Sequence record: SRR20825019_114
Length of the DNA: 64,000 nt
Strand: one strand, 5' to 3'
In this document: positions 40,457 to 49,890 of the stretch, in pieces
Layout: the number at the start of each line of letters is the position of its first letter
Position numbering within the stretch: position 1 is the first letter of the stretch
Notes under the pieces: generated by a model
What the model saw: the letters and a program-made list of their open reading frames with translations, nothing else
What the model was told of the DNA's origin: nothing
Database searches by the model: none
Made by a program: the position numbers and the translations under genes

Positions 40457-41284
40457 TTAGAATAGCGTGAGCGTATCGCTTGAATAATTCGCGAGCGTAA
40501 GGTTGGCTTCTGACGCCCGCCTGATGGCAAACGCCGTGGGGGCCGAAAGCGCCACCAACGCCCGTACGCCCTGCCGGGCTGCTTTTTCCACAATCTCGAA
40601 CGAAGCCCGGCTGGTCATCAGCACAAAACCCGCCTTGGGGTCCGTGCCCGCACGCGCCATGGCCCCCAGAAGTTTATCCAACGCGTTGTGGCGGCCCACA
40701 TCTTCGCGCACCAGCATCACCTCGCCTTCCCCGTTCACCCAGGCGACGCCGTGCACCGACCTGTTGAGCGCCTTGAGCGGCTGTTTGTCCTTGAGCTGGG
40801 CTACGGCCTCGGCAACGTTTTTGCTGTTCAGCCCAACCCGCGCGTCCGCGACCCTGGGCAGCGGCTCGAACAGGCGCTCGGCGCTATCGATCCCGCACAG
40901 GCCGCAACTGGTGCGCCCTTCAAGGCTGCGCCTGTTTTGCCGAAGCGTAAGACGCTCGAATTTCTGCTCATTGAGGGTGACGTGGATATTGATGCCCTGC
41001 TTGCGCTCATGCACTTCAATTTTACTGATATCACCGGGCGTGTCGGCAATACCTTCGGTGAGGGAAAAACCGATGACAAAATCGGTGAGGTCAGCGGGGC
41101 TCGCGAGCATCACCGCGAAGGTCAGCCCATTATAAATCAGCGCTATCGGTGCTTCTTCAGGCACATGCCATTTAACCGGGCCGATGGTTTGCTGGGCGGA
41201 GACCATGCGGTCAGCGCGCCAGTGCGGGGCATCATCTGCCCCTGCTTCACTCGCTGCCGCGTCTCTCGCCTCACCTTCCGCCAC
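40457..41284 (-). CDS. fdhD: Formate dehydrogenase accessory sulfurtransferase FdhD/FdsC
   Basis: EEAPIAL, GFSLTEG, SCGLCG, REDVGRHNALDK, SRASFE, SAPT. Confidence 0.95.
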   Translation of the reverse strand: MAEGEARDAAASEAGADDAPHWRADRMVSAQQTIGPVKWHVPEEAPIALIYNGLTFAVMLASPADLTDFVIGFSLTEGIADTPGDISKIEVHERKQGINIHVTLNEQKFERLTLRQNRRSLEGRTSCGLCGIDSAERLFEPLPRVADARVGLNSKNVAEAVAQLKDKQPLKALNRSVHGVAWVNGEGEVMLVREDVGRHNALDKLLGAMARAGTDPKAGFVLMTSRASFEIVEKAARQGVRALVALSAPTAFAIRRASEANLTLANYSSDTLTLF

Positions 41285-41350
41285 AGGTCCGCCTCATATT
41301 CGCGCACACTTGCGCCACACTTACACGCACACTTTCGCCACACATGCCAC
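41279..41350 (-). repeat. Short tandem repeat GTGTGGCG(A/C)AAGTGTGCG, two copies
   Basis: 18-mers at 41303-41320 and 41326-41343 (1 mismatch); a related copy lies at 59930-59971. Confidence 0.7.
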
Positions 41351-41374
41351 AGTTTTTACAACTATAGGTCGCCA

Positions 41375-44215
41375 TTACTCAGCAGCCACATGCGCCTTCA
41401 CCCGGCGCATTTTAGGCGTTTCCAGCTCATACTTCTGTTGCCATTCAGACCGGTGGTTGGCAGGGGTGATCTCCACCGCCGTGACCTTATATTCAGGGCA
41501 ACTGGTGGCCCAGTCGCTCAGCTCCGTGGTTACAATGTTCGCGCCGGTTTCCGGGTGGTGGAAGGTGGTATAGACAACGCCCGGCGCCATGCGGCTCGAG
41601 ACTTTCGCGCGCAGGGTTGTCTCCCCCTTGCGGGAGCGGATGGCCACCCAGTCACCGTCCCGAATGCCGCGCATTTCCGCGTCTGAGGCGTGAATTTCAA
41701 GCACATCCTCTTCCATCCAGCGGTTATTGTCTGTGCGCCTGGTTTGTGCCCCCACATTATACTGGCTCAGTATCCGCCCGGTGGTGAGAATAAGCGGGAA
41801 CTTGCGGTTGGTTTTCTCTTCCGTCGGCACATATTCCGTTAGTATAAACAAACCCTTACCGCGAACGAAGCCGTCCACATGCATGATGGGCGTGCCGTCT
41901 GGCGCATCGTCGTTACACGGCCACTGAATGCTGCCTTCCGCATCCAGTCGTTTAAACGAAACACCTGCAAATGTGGGCGTCAATGCGGCAATTTCATCCA
42001 TAATCTCGCTGGCGCCCTTGTAGTCCATCTTATAGCCCAGCGCTTCGGAAAGCCGGGTCGTGACCTGCCATTCATCGAGGCCTGTTTTTGACTTCATCGC
42101 CGGGCGCACGCGTCCAAGCCTGCGCTCCGCATTGATGAAAGTACCGTCTTTTTCAAGGAAGCTGGTGCCCGGCAGGAAAACATGAGCGAAACGCGCGGTC
42201 TCATTAAGGAATAGGTCCTGCACGATCACGCATTCCATGCTCCGGAGCGCCGCTTCCACGTGGGTCGTGTTGGGGTCGCTTTGCGCGATATCCTCGCCTT
42301 GCACATAAAGGGCTTTGAAGGTGCCCGCGACGGCTTCATCGAACATGTTGGGGATGCGGAAACCCGGTTCCCCGTCAAGGCTTACACCCCACGCGGCCTC
42401 AAAACTTTCGCGTACCGCGTCGTCAGAGACATGCCGGTAGCCGGAAAATTCGTGCGGGAAAGAGCCCATATCACAGGAACCCTGAACATTGTTCTGGCCC
42501 CGTAACGGATTAAGCCCCACACCGCGACGGCCGATGTTCCCGGTCGCCATCACAAGGTTGGCCATGCCCATAACCATGGTGGAGCCCTGGCTATGTTCCG
42601 TTACCCCAAGGCCATAATAGATGGCGCCGTTGCGCGCCCTAGCATACAGCCGGGCGGCGGCGATGATATCCTCCGCCTTCACGCCCGAGAGCTTGGCAAC
42701 ATTTTCCGGCGCGTTCACCGGGTCGAGAATGAAGCTTTTCCATTCCTCGAACGCGTCCATCTCGCACCGTTCGCGCACGAACTCTTCATCCACCAGGCCT
42801 TCGGAGACGATCACGTGCGCGAGTGCGTTGATCATCGCCACATTGGTGCCCGGCAGCAGCGGCAGGTGGTAAGCCGCCTTGATATGTGGGGTTTTCACAA
42901 GGTCGATCTGGCGCGGGTCAAGGATGATAAGCTTGGCACCCGCCCGCAGCCGCCGTTTCATCTGGCTAGCGAACACCGGGTGCGCATCCGTCGGGTTCGC
43001 ACCAATGATCATGATTACATCCGATTCCTCAACGGAATCAAAGTCTTGCGTACCTGCGCTGGTGCCGAAGGTTTGCTTGAGGCCATAGCCGGTGGGCGAG
43101 TGGCATACTCGCGCGCAGGTATCCACATTGTTGTTGCCAAAAGCGGTGCGGATCATCTTTTGCATCACCCACACTTCTTCTATGGTGCAGCGGCTGGAGG
43201 TGATACCCCCAACCGATTTCCGACCGTATTTTTCCTGCGTTTTTTTGAGCCTGTCAGCCGCAAAACCGAACGCTTCATCCCAGCTGACTTCCCGCCATGG
43301 GTCGGTGATCGCGTCGCGGATCATCGGTTTGGTCATGCGGTCCTTATGGGTGGCATAGCCCCAGGCAAAACGGCCTTTCACACAGGAATGGCCGTGGTTG
43401 GCCTTGCCGTCCTTGTGGGGGATCATGCGCACAACCTGATCACCCTTCAGCTCCGCCTTGAAGCTGCAGCCCACCCCGCAATAAGCGCAGGTGGTCAGCA
43501 CCGTACGGTCCGGCACACCATGTTCAATGAGGTCTGTTTCCGCAAGTGTTGCGGTTGGACAGGCCTGCACGCAGGCGCCGCACGACACACATTCGCTTGA
43601 GAAAAAATCATCCGCGCCGGTTGCGACCCGTGAGCCAAAACCGCGCCCTTCAATGGTGAGCGCCAGTGTGCCCTGCACCTCGTCGCACGCTCGCACACAA
43701 CGGGAGCACACGATGCATTTGGACGGGTCATAAGTGAAATAAGGTGTGCTTTCGTCCTTCTTGAGGTCCAGATGGTTTTCACCCGCATAGCCGTACCGCA
43801 CATCCCGGAGGCCAACAGCACCCGCCATATCCTGCAACTCACAATCCCCATTTGTAGGGCACGTGAGGCAATCCAGTGGGTGGTCTGAAATATACAGCTC
43901 CATCACACCACGACGAAGCTTTGCTAGACGTTCGGTCTGGGTTTTCACCACCAACCCGTCTTCCGCGAGCGCGGTGCAGGAAGACGGCGTGCCCTTGCGG
44001 CCATCAATTTCCACAAGGCACATGCGGCAAGAGCCAAACGCGTCAACCATATCGGTCGCGCACAGTTTGGGAATGCCTATGCCTGCTTCCTTGGCGGCGC
44101 GCATGATGCTTGTGCCCTTCGGCACGGTGACGCTGTAGCCGTCGATCTCAAGGGTGACCTGCTCTTCCGCCTTGACCGCAGGCGTACCAAAATCTGTTTC
44201 TTTGAGGAGAGCCAT
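41375..44215 (-). CDS. fdsA: NAD-dependent formate dehydrogenase alpha subunit (molybdopterin)
   Basis: Fe-S motifs (CRMC, HPLDCLTC, CIVCSRC, CAYCGVGC), CARVCH active site, LRGQNNVQG. Confidence 0.93.
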   Translation of the reverse strand: MALLKETDFGTPAVKAEEQVTLEIDGYSVTVPKGTSIMRAAKEAGIGIPKLCATDMVDAFGSCRMCLVEIDGRKGTPSSCTALAEDGLVVKTQTERLAKLRRGVMELYISDHPLDCLTCPTNGDCELQDMAGAVGLRDVRYGYAGENHLDLKKDESTPYFTYDPSKCIVCSRCVRACDEVQGTLALTIEGRGFGSRVATGADDFFSSECVSCGACVQACPTATLAETDLIEHGVPDRTVLTTCAYCGVGCSFKAELKGDQVVRMIPHKDGKANHGHSCVKGRFAWGYATHKDRMTKPMIRDAITDPWREVSWDEAFGFAADRLKKTQEKYGRKSVGGITSSRCTIEEVWVMQKMIRTAFGNNNVDTCARVCHSPTGYGLKQTFGTSAGTQDFDSVEESDVIMIIGANPTDAHPVFASQMKRRLRAGAKLIILDPRQIDLVKTPHIKAAYHLPLLPGTNVAMINALAHVIVSEGLVDEEFVRERCEMDAFEEWKSFILDPVNAPENVAKLSGVKAEDIIAAARLYARARNGAIYYGLGVTEHSQGSTMVMGMANLVMATGNIGRRGVGLNPLRGQNNVQGSCDMGSFPHEFSGYRHVSDDAVRESFEAAWGVSLDGEPGFRIPNMFDEAVAGTFKALYVQGEDIAQSDPNTTHVEAALRSMECVIVQDLFLNETARFAHVFLPGTSFLEKDGTFINAERRLGRVRPAMKSKTGLDEWQVTTRLSEALGYKMDYKGASEIMDEIAALTPTFAGVSFKRLDAEGSIQWPCNDDAPDGTPIMHVDGFVRGKGLFILTEYVPTEEKTNRKFPLILTTGRILSQYNVGAQTRRTDNNRWMEEDVLEIHASDAEMRGIRDGDWVAIRSRKGETTLRAKVSSRMAPGVVYTTFHHPETGANIVTTELSDWATSCPEYKVTAVEITPANHRSEWQQKYELETPKMRRVKAHVAAE

Positions 44216-44216
44216 C

Positions 44217-45752
44217 TCAATTGCCTCCTTTCTCATGTGAAGCGCCAAGCTCATCAGGGAACCAGCGCAAAATACTTTTCACCGGCACGGGCGTCATGCC
44301 GCCCATCGCGCAGAGGGAGCCATCTTCCATCACCTCAAGAAGGTCCTCCATCAAGGTGAGGTTGGTAGTGCGGTTCTCGTTCGCCATGACCTTGTCCATC
44401 ACCTCAACTCCGCGCACGGCGCCAATGCGGCAGGGTGTGCATTTGCCGCAGCTTTCATGCGCACAAAACTCAAACGCATACCGTGCCTGCGCTGCCATAT
44501 CAGTGCTTTCGTCAAACACCACTATACCACCATGGCCTACACCAGCGCCAATTTTTGCGAAGCTTTCATAGTCCATCGGCATATCCATTATGCTGTGCGG
44601 GATATAGGCACCAAGCGGCCCGCCCACTTGCGCAGCCTTAAGTTTTCCGCCTGAGCGCGTACCGCCGCCAAAATCTTCCACCAGTTCCTTGAGGGAAACC
44701 CCAAAGGCTTTTTCCACAAGCCCGCCGCGCTTGACGTTACCAGCGATCTGGAACGGCATGGTGCCAGTGGAGCGGCCCATACCAAAATCCTTATAAAAAC
44801 CAGCGCCTTCCGCGAGGATGGTGGGCACGGAACAGAGCGAGATGACATTATGTACAAGGGTTGGTTTGCCGTTCAGCCCCTCAAGCGCAGGCAAAGGCGG
44901 TTTGGCCCGCACCTGCCCGCGTTTACCTTCAAGGCTATCCAGCAATGAGGTTTCTTCACCGCAGATATAAGCGCCTGCTCCCATGAACAGTTCAAGATCA
45001 AACGCCTTGCCACTGCCGAGGATATTGTCACCCAGCAAGCCCTCAGCGTAAGCAACCTCAAGCGCCTTGGTGAACACCTGCTTGGCGATCGGGTATTCCG
45101 AGCGCAAATAGACAAAACCCTTGTCTGCACCCGTACCAAGCCCCGCGACAATCATGCCCTCGATGAGGAGGAAGGGGTCACCTTCCATGATCATGCGGTC
45201 CGCGAAGGTGCCGCTATCGCCCTCATCCGCGTTGCAGACGATATATTTTTGTGTGCCCGGTGCGCCCAGCACGGTTTTCCATTTAATGCCTGCGGGGAAG
45301 GCCGCGCCGCCGCGCCCTCTCAGGCCTGACGCCATCACTTCTTCCGCGATGTCATGCGGTGCTTGCTCAATTGCTTTCCGAAGCCCTTCGAGCCCGCCGT
45401 GCGCCTTATATTCCTTGAGGTTCAGAGGGTCAGTGATGCCGCAGCGGGCGAAAATCAACCGCTCCTGATTCTTGTAAAACGGGATATCGTCGACCCGGCC
45501 CTGCTTAAGCGCATGGTCTCCGCCCTCAAGGAAGCCTGCCGCCGTCAAGCCTTCAACATCCGCAGGCGATACGGGACCATAGCCAATGCGGCCTTTTGCG
45601 GTTTCAACTTCAACAAGAGGCTCAAGCCAATGCATGCCACGGCTACCGGTACGCACAAGCTCAATGCCACTAAGCGTAGCAATTTTTTGCGCCACCTCGT
45701 CGGCACCAACGGCAACAGCGGCACTATCAAGCGGTATATAAACCTTGGTCAT
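44217..45752 (-). CDS. fdsB: Formate dehydrogenase beta subunit (NuoF-like)
   Basis: SGLRGRGGAAFP, CNADEGDSG, GAGAYICGEET, ESCGKCTPCR. Confidence 0.93.
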   Translation of the reverse strand: MTKVYIPLDSAAVAVGADEVAQKIATLSGIELVRTGSRGMHWLEPLVEVETAKGRIGYGPVSPADVEGLTAAGFLEGGDHALKQGRVDDIPFYKNQERLIFARCGITDPLNLKEYKAHGGLEGLRKAIEQAPHDIAEEVMASGLRGRGGAAFPAGIKWKTVLGAPGTQKYIVCNADEGDSGTFADRMIMEGDPFLLIEGMIVAGLGTGADKGFVYLRSEYPIAKQVFTKALEVAYAEGLLGDNILGSGKAFDLELFMGAGAYICGEETSLLDSLEGKRGQVRAKPPLPALEGLNGKPTLVHNVISLCSVPTILAEGAGFYKDFGMGRSTGTMPFQIAGNVKRGGLVEKAFGVSLKELVEDFGGGTRSGGKLKAAQVGGPLGAYIPHSIMDMPMDYESFAKIGAGVGHGGIVVFDESTDMAAQARYAFEFCAHESCGKCTPCRIGAVRGVEVMDKVMANENRTTNLTLMEDLLEVMEDGSLCAMGGMTPVPVKSILRWFPDELGASHEKGGN

Positions 45753-46222
45753 TCGCCTGCCTCCGCCACCAACTGGTCAAAGGCGGCTGTATCCACACGG
45801 CCCTTGGGAGCGCCGTCCATCATGATCGCAGGGCCAGAGGCACAAAGACCAAGGCAATATACAGCTTCAACCGTGAAACGGCCATCCGCGCTGGTCTCCC
45901 CGAGTGGAACGCCGAGCTTTTCGCAGGCATGTTTGGTGAGGCCGCGAGCGCCCACGGCCTGGCAAGCTTCAGCCTGACAAATACGGATAACATGCTCCCC
46001 CTTTGGTGCGCGGGTGAAGTCGTCATAAAAACTGATAACGCCCTTCACTTCCGCTTTGGTGAGGTTAAATGCGCTCGCGAGTTTTGGCAGCGCGGCGGCA
46101 TCAACATAGCCATACGCCTGCTGCAAAGCGCCAAGCGCCTTCATCAGACCGCCCTGCTCGTCCACATGTTTCGCAATCAGCGTATCCATAGCGCCTATAT
46201 TCTGCGCTTCCGCATCTGCCAC
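45749..46222 (-). CDS. fdsG: Formate dehydrogenase gamma subunit (NuoE-like)
   Basis: CQAEAC and CLGLC [2Fe-2S] motifs; GTG 46222 behind GGAGG. Confidence 0.9.
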   Translation of the reverse strand: MADAEAQNIGAMDTLIAKHVDEQGGLMKALGALQQAYGYVDAAALPKLASAFNLTKAEVKGVISFYDDFTRAPKGEHVIRICQAEACQAVGARGLTKHACEKLGVPLGETSADGRFTVEAVYCLGLCASGPAIMMDGAPKGRVDTAAFDQLVAEAGE

Positions 46223-46303
46223 TTCAAGCCCCTCCCGCACCCGTGATCCGGGCGTCAATTATGCTCGTGTATGGGTATTGGCGGGCACTTTTGTGCCCAC
46301 CGT

Positions 46304-47749
46304 TTATTTCTTTACGGCCAGATCTGCGCGGATTTTGTCTGCAACCGCCTGTACCTTCTGGCGCAGCACGGCTTCATCAACCGTCAGCACCTTGCCGTCC
46401 GCCATCAAGACCTTGCCGTCCACAATGGTGGTAACAACATCCCGCGCGCCCGCCGCATACACAAGCTGGGACATGACGTCATACAGTGGGCTCAGCCGCA
46501 GGCTATCGAGTGAAACCTGTATCATATCCGCGCGTTTACCCACACTCAGGCTGCCGGTCACGTCGCCCAAGCCAACTGCCTCAGCGCCGCCAACAGTTGC
46601 CATCTTGAGGGCTGCGCGCGCGGGCACAACGGTCGGGTCACCACCATTACCCTTGTGCAGCAGGGCTGCAAGCCGCAGTTCTTCCCACATATCAAGGTCG
46701 TTGTTGGATGCGGCACCATCAGTACCGAGGCCCACTTTAACACCAGCTTCTAGCATGGCCGGAATGGGCGCTATACCTGCGGCGGTTTTGAGATTGGATG
46801 TGGGGTTGTGGATTGCACCAACCTTTGAGGACGCCAGCGCCTTGATGTCGCTTTCCCTTGGCCAGACAACATGCGCGGCCACAGTGGTCACGTCTGTCAT
46901 GCCCACTTCGCTCATCAACTCGATCGACGTGATACCGTATTTGTCGCTTACCGTTTTCACCTCGGCCTTGTCTTCCGCGATGTGAATAGAAATGGGCACA
47001 TCCAGCTCTTTTGCCTTCGCGGTCACCTGTACCAGATGCTCTTTTGAGACCGTATAGGGCGCATGGGGTGCGAGCGCCGGGGTGATGCGGCTGTGTTTGC
47101 CTTTCCATGCCTCAACAAATTCAACGCCCGCCTTGAAGCTATCATCCCAGCCCTTGAAACCGGGGCTTGGGAAATCAATCATCGGGGCGGATATCACCGC
47201 GCGCAAGCCGCAGCGGTCAACCACCCTGGCGATTACCTCGGGGTAAAAATACATATCCACAAAGCTGGTGGTGCCGCCCTGTATCATCTCCCAGCAAGCG
47301 AGTTCAGACCCGACCTCAATAAAGGCTGGGTCCACATAACGCCCCTCCATCGGGAAGATATATTCCTGCAGCCATGTCATCAGCGCGAGGTCATCTGCCA
47401 TGCCGCGGAAAAGCACCATCGCTGAGTGGGTGTGGCCGTTGACAAAACCGGGCATAAGCACGCGGTTGTCGCCGGAGATGATCTCACTTGCCGCGTAGCT
47501 TGCGGTTATCTCGTCTGCGGTGCCAACAGCGACGATGGCACCATCTTGAACTGCCACAGCCCCATGCTCAATAACATCCTGCACACCGTCCATCGTCACC
47601 ACATAACGGCCATGCACAATGGTATCGACCGCTCGCATATCCTCGGCTTCGCTCATCACCTTATATCCCTCAAATGACACCATGGCCGCACATATCATTG
47701 CGGCTTTCAGCATTTGTTTTAGCGCCACCTTGTCACCCTCTCTTTTCAT
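46304..47749 (-). CDS. Amidohydrolase, MTA/SAH deaminase (MtaD/TrzA)-like; start uncertain
   Basis: PGFVNGHTH, APHAPY, HIAE, HNPTSNLK, GTDGAASNN. Confidence 0.85.
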   Translation of the reverse strand: MKREGDKVALKQMLKAAMICAAMVSFEGYKVMSEAEDMRAVDTIVHGRYVVTMDGVQDVIEHGAVAVQDGAIVAVGTADEITASYAASEIISGDNRVLMPGFVNGHTHSAMVLFRGMADDLALMTWLQEYIFPMEGRYVDPAFIEVGSELACWEMIQGGTTSFVDMYFYPEVIARVVDRCGLRAVISAPMIDFPSPGFKGWDDSFKAGVEFVEAWKGKHSRITPALAPHAPYTVSKEHLVQVTAKAKELDVPISIHIAEDKAEVKTVSDKYGITSIELMSEVGMTDVTTVAAHVVWPRESDIKALASSKVGAIHNPTSNLKTAAGIAPIPAMLEAGVKVGLGTDGAASNNDLDMWEELRLAALLHKGNGGDPTVVPARAALKMATVGGAEAVGLGDVTGSLSVGKRADMIQVSLDSLRLSPLYDVMSQLVYAAGARDVVTTIVDGKVLMADGKVLTVDEAVLRQKVQAVADKIRADLAVKK

Positions 47750-47806
47750 ATCCCTTACATGCTGGATAGATCATAAGCCGCCTGCTGCCAAGAATGCTAC
47801 TCCTCA

Positions 47807-48826
47807 TCAGCTTTCCCGCCCGTATTTCAGCTTGTGTTGCCGCCGGTATTCTGTTGGGGAAACGCCAGCCCAGCGGCCAAAGGCGCGCACAAATGCAGCA
47901 GGCTCGGAATACCCAAGCATGGCGGAAACCGCCTGCACGCTTGCATTTTGTCGAACCAGCAGCTGTTTCGCTTTTTCTTCACGAACGGCGGCGAGTATGT
48001 CGCGAAAGCTCATGCCTGCCCGTTCCAACTCCCGCTGCAGGGATCGCACAGATACGTTAAGCCCCAAGGCTGCATCCCGGATCGTCAACCCGGACGGTGG
48101 CTCACCCCCGCCCAGCTTTCCTGCAAGATAATGCTCAAGCCTTTTAGTCGTGGCGGCATTTTGCGGCATTTCCGCCTGCACATGTTCCTTGAGCATGGCG
48201 TGGAGCGCAGGGTTGGCATCGTTCATCGGCCGCATAAGCGCCTCACGTGGCCATGTCATCGCATGGGTAGCAGCACCAAAAACCACAGGTGCACCAAAGG
48301 CTTCTTCAAATACAGCGGCGTTCACGGGTTTCGCGCGCATCAGATACACCCGCGCAGGCGCCACACCGGGCGAGGCCCACCGCGCAAAGCGCGCAAACGG
48401 CAGCAGTACAGCCTCCGACCGCACTTCTCCCGCGCGCCAATCCGGCCTGATAGGCGTGTAAACCAACCTGCATTCATCCGCGCTTTCGCTCAGCTCGAAC
48501 CGCCCTGCAGCGCCCACATATATGGCATAATCACACGCTGCACGAAGGGCGTCACCAACGGTCTCGCTTGTCACCAAAAGGTGGCCAAGCGAGGCATAAG
48601 TGCCGTACCGAACGCTTTGGCCGACGCGCAAACCCAGAAGGCCGTCTGGCGCCAGATCTGAGGCCGCAACCCACAGGGCCTCAGCGTCTTTTTCAGGGAT
48701 GCGTTCGCTCTCACAAGGCACCGAAACACCAGCGGTTTGGTATAGTGTCTCAGCCGAAACGCCATAATCCCGCTCCAGCGTTTGGGCGAGGCTTGAGACA
48801 TAACGGGTGAGTACAGTTTCAGGCAT
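47807..48826 (-). CDS. AraC family regulator (OruR/ArgR-like)
   Basis: C-terminal dual HTH SVRSLQREL...LGYSEPAAFVRAFGRWAGVSPTEYR. Confidence 0.93.
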   Translation of the reverse strand: MPETVLTRYVSSLAQTLERDYGVSAETLYQTAGVSVPCESERIPEKDAEALWVAASDLAPDGLLGLRVGQSVRYGTYASLGHLLVTSETVGDALRAACDYAIYVGAAGRFELSESADECRLVYTPIRPDWRAGEVRSEAVLLPFARFARWASPGVAPARVYLMRAKPVNAAVFEEAFGAPVVFGAATHAMTWPREALMRPMNDANPALHAMLKEHVQAEMPQNAATTKRLEHYLAGKLGGGEPPSGLTIRDAALGLNVSVRSLQRELERAGMSFRDILAAVREEKAKQLLVRQNASVQAVSAMLGYSEPAAFVRAFGRWAGVSPTEYRRQHKLKYGRES

Positions 48827-48975
48827 TCAGGTCCCCATTGGCGCAAAATATCAATTTTTAGACACCGACTGTCATTTCAAACACGGCAATCGTCAAGTAG
48901 ATTTATCTAACCTCAGAGGGGAGGTGAAATGGGAAGGAGTTTGAGATTAGCACTCTCAGCCAGATCAACGACGCG

Positions 48976-49890
48976 GTGATCACGCTTGAGCCGGGCACGC
49001 GGCTTGGGCTCGCGATTGCCCTTGCGTTCACAATGTTTTCCGTCGCACTTGGGCTGAAGGCAGATGATTTCTCCTTCCTGCGCAATCATCCGCGCCGAGT
49101 TGCGATTGGTTTTCTGGCGCAGGTACTCGGCCTGCCACTGGTCACGCTGCTCATCCTGATGATTTTCAAACCCATCGCTGGTATCGCGCTTGGCATGCTG
49201 ATTGTGGCGTGCTGCCCCGGTGGCAACGTCTCAAACCTGTTCACGCGCCTGAGCGGCGGCGATACCGCCTATTCTGTCACGCTCACCACCTGTTCCAGCA
49301 TTTTTTCCGCGGCGCTTCTGCCATTCTCTGTACTGTTCTGGACCGGGCTTTATGCCCCAACGCGAGAACTGGTGAACACCATAGATCTGGACCGGGCCGC
49401 CTTCATTATCAACACCAGCCTCACACTTCTTATACCGCTTGCGCTTGGTATTTTCCTCGCCCATGCCCGGCCAAGCATGGCGATGCGGCTACAGAGAATT
49501 TTCATTCCAGTCGCCGTGTTGATCATCGCGGTCATTGTGGTGATTGGCCTTGCGAGCAACATGTCCCTGCTGCGTGACTTTGGCAGCGTGATCCTGCCCT
49601 ATGTCATTGCACACAATGCTCTGGCCTTTGCACTCGGGGCCCTTATTGGCTTCGCGGCAAAGTTCAATGCCACCACCCGCCGCGCACTTGTGTTTGAGAT
49701 CGGCATCCAGAACTCGGGCCTCGGGCTTCTCATCATGCTCAGCCAGTTTGGCGGGCTTGGGTCCGGCGCACTTATCCTCGCCACATGGGGCATATGGCAT
49801 TTTATTGGCGGTTTTACTGTGCTTGCGATCTATCGGCTAGCACGCCGCAATCCACCCCCTATTATCCAGGAGAACACCCATGGCTTATGA
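48976..49890 (+). CDS. Bile acid:sodium symporter (BASS) family transporter; start ambiguous
   Basis: MFSVALGL, CPGGNVSN, EIGIQNSGL. Confidence 0.9.
   Translation: MITLEPGTRLGLAIALAFTMFSVALGLKADDFSFLRNHPRRVAIGFLAQVLGLPLVTLLILMIFKPIAGIALGMLIVACCPGGNVSNLFTRLSGGDTAYSVTLTTCSSIFSAALLPFSVLFWTGLYAPTRELVNTIDLDRAAFIINTSLTLLIPLALGIFLAHARPSMAMRLQRIFIPVAVLIIAVIVVIGLASNMSLLRDFGSVILPYVIAHNALAFALGALIGFAAKFNATTRRALVFEIGIQNSGLGLLIMLSQFGGLGSGALILATWGIWHFIGGFTVLAIYRLARRNPPPIIQENTHGL

Noticed and set aside
41143-41343. 66-aa Cys-containing ORF between fdsA and fdhD, considered as a possible fdsD
   Set aside because: It is a translation of the GTGTG repeat, overlaps fdhD out of frame and does not resemble FdsD.
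41279-41350. Repeat considered as a mini-CRISPR
   Set aside because: Only two 18-bp units separated by 5 bp; no spacers and no cas genes.
41375-44215. Selenocysteine recoding in fdsA
   Set aside because: The ORF is uninterrupted and the active-site ligand is Cys (CARVCH).
47654-47749. Possible signal peptide on the MtaD-like amidohydrolase
   Set aside because: The hydrophobic stretch is short and interrupted by charged residues, and the start codon is ambiguous; export cannot be supported.
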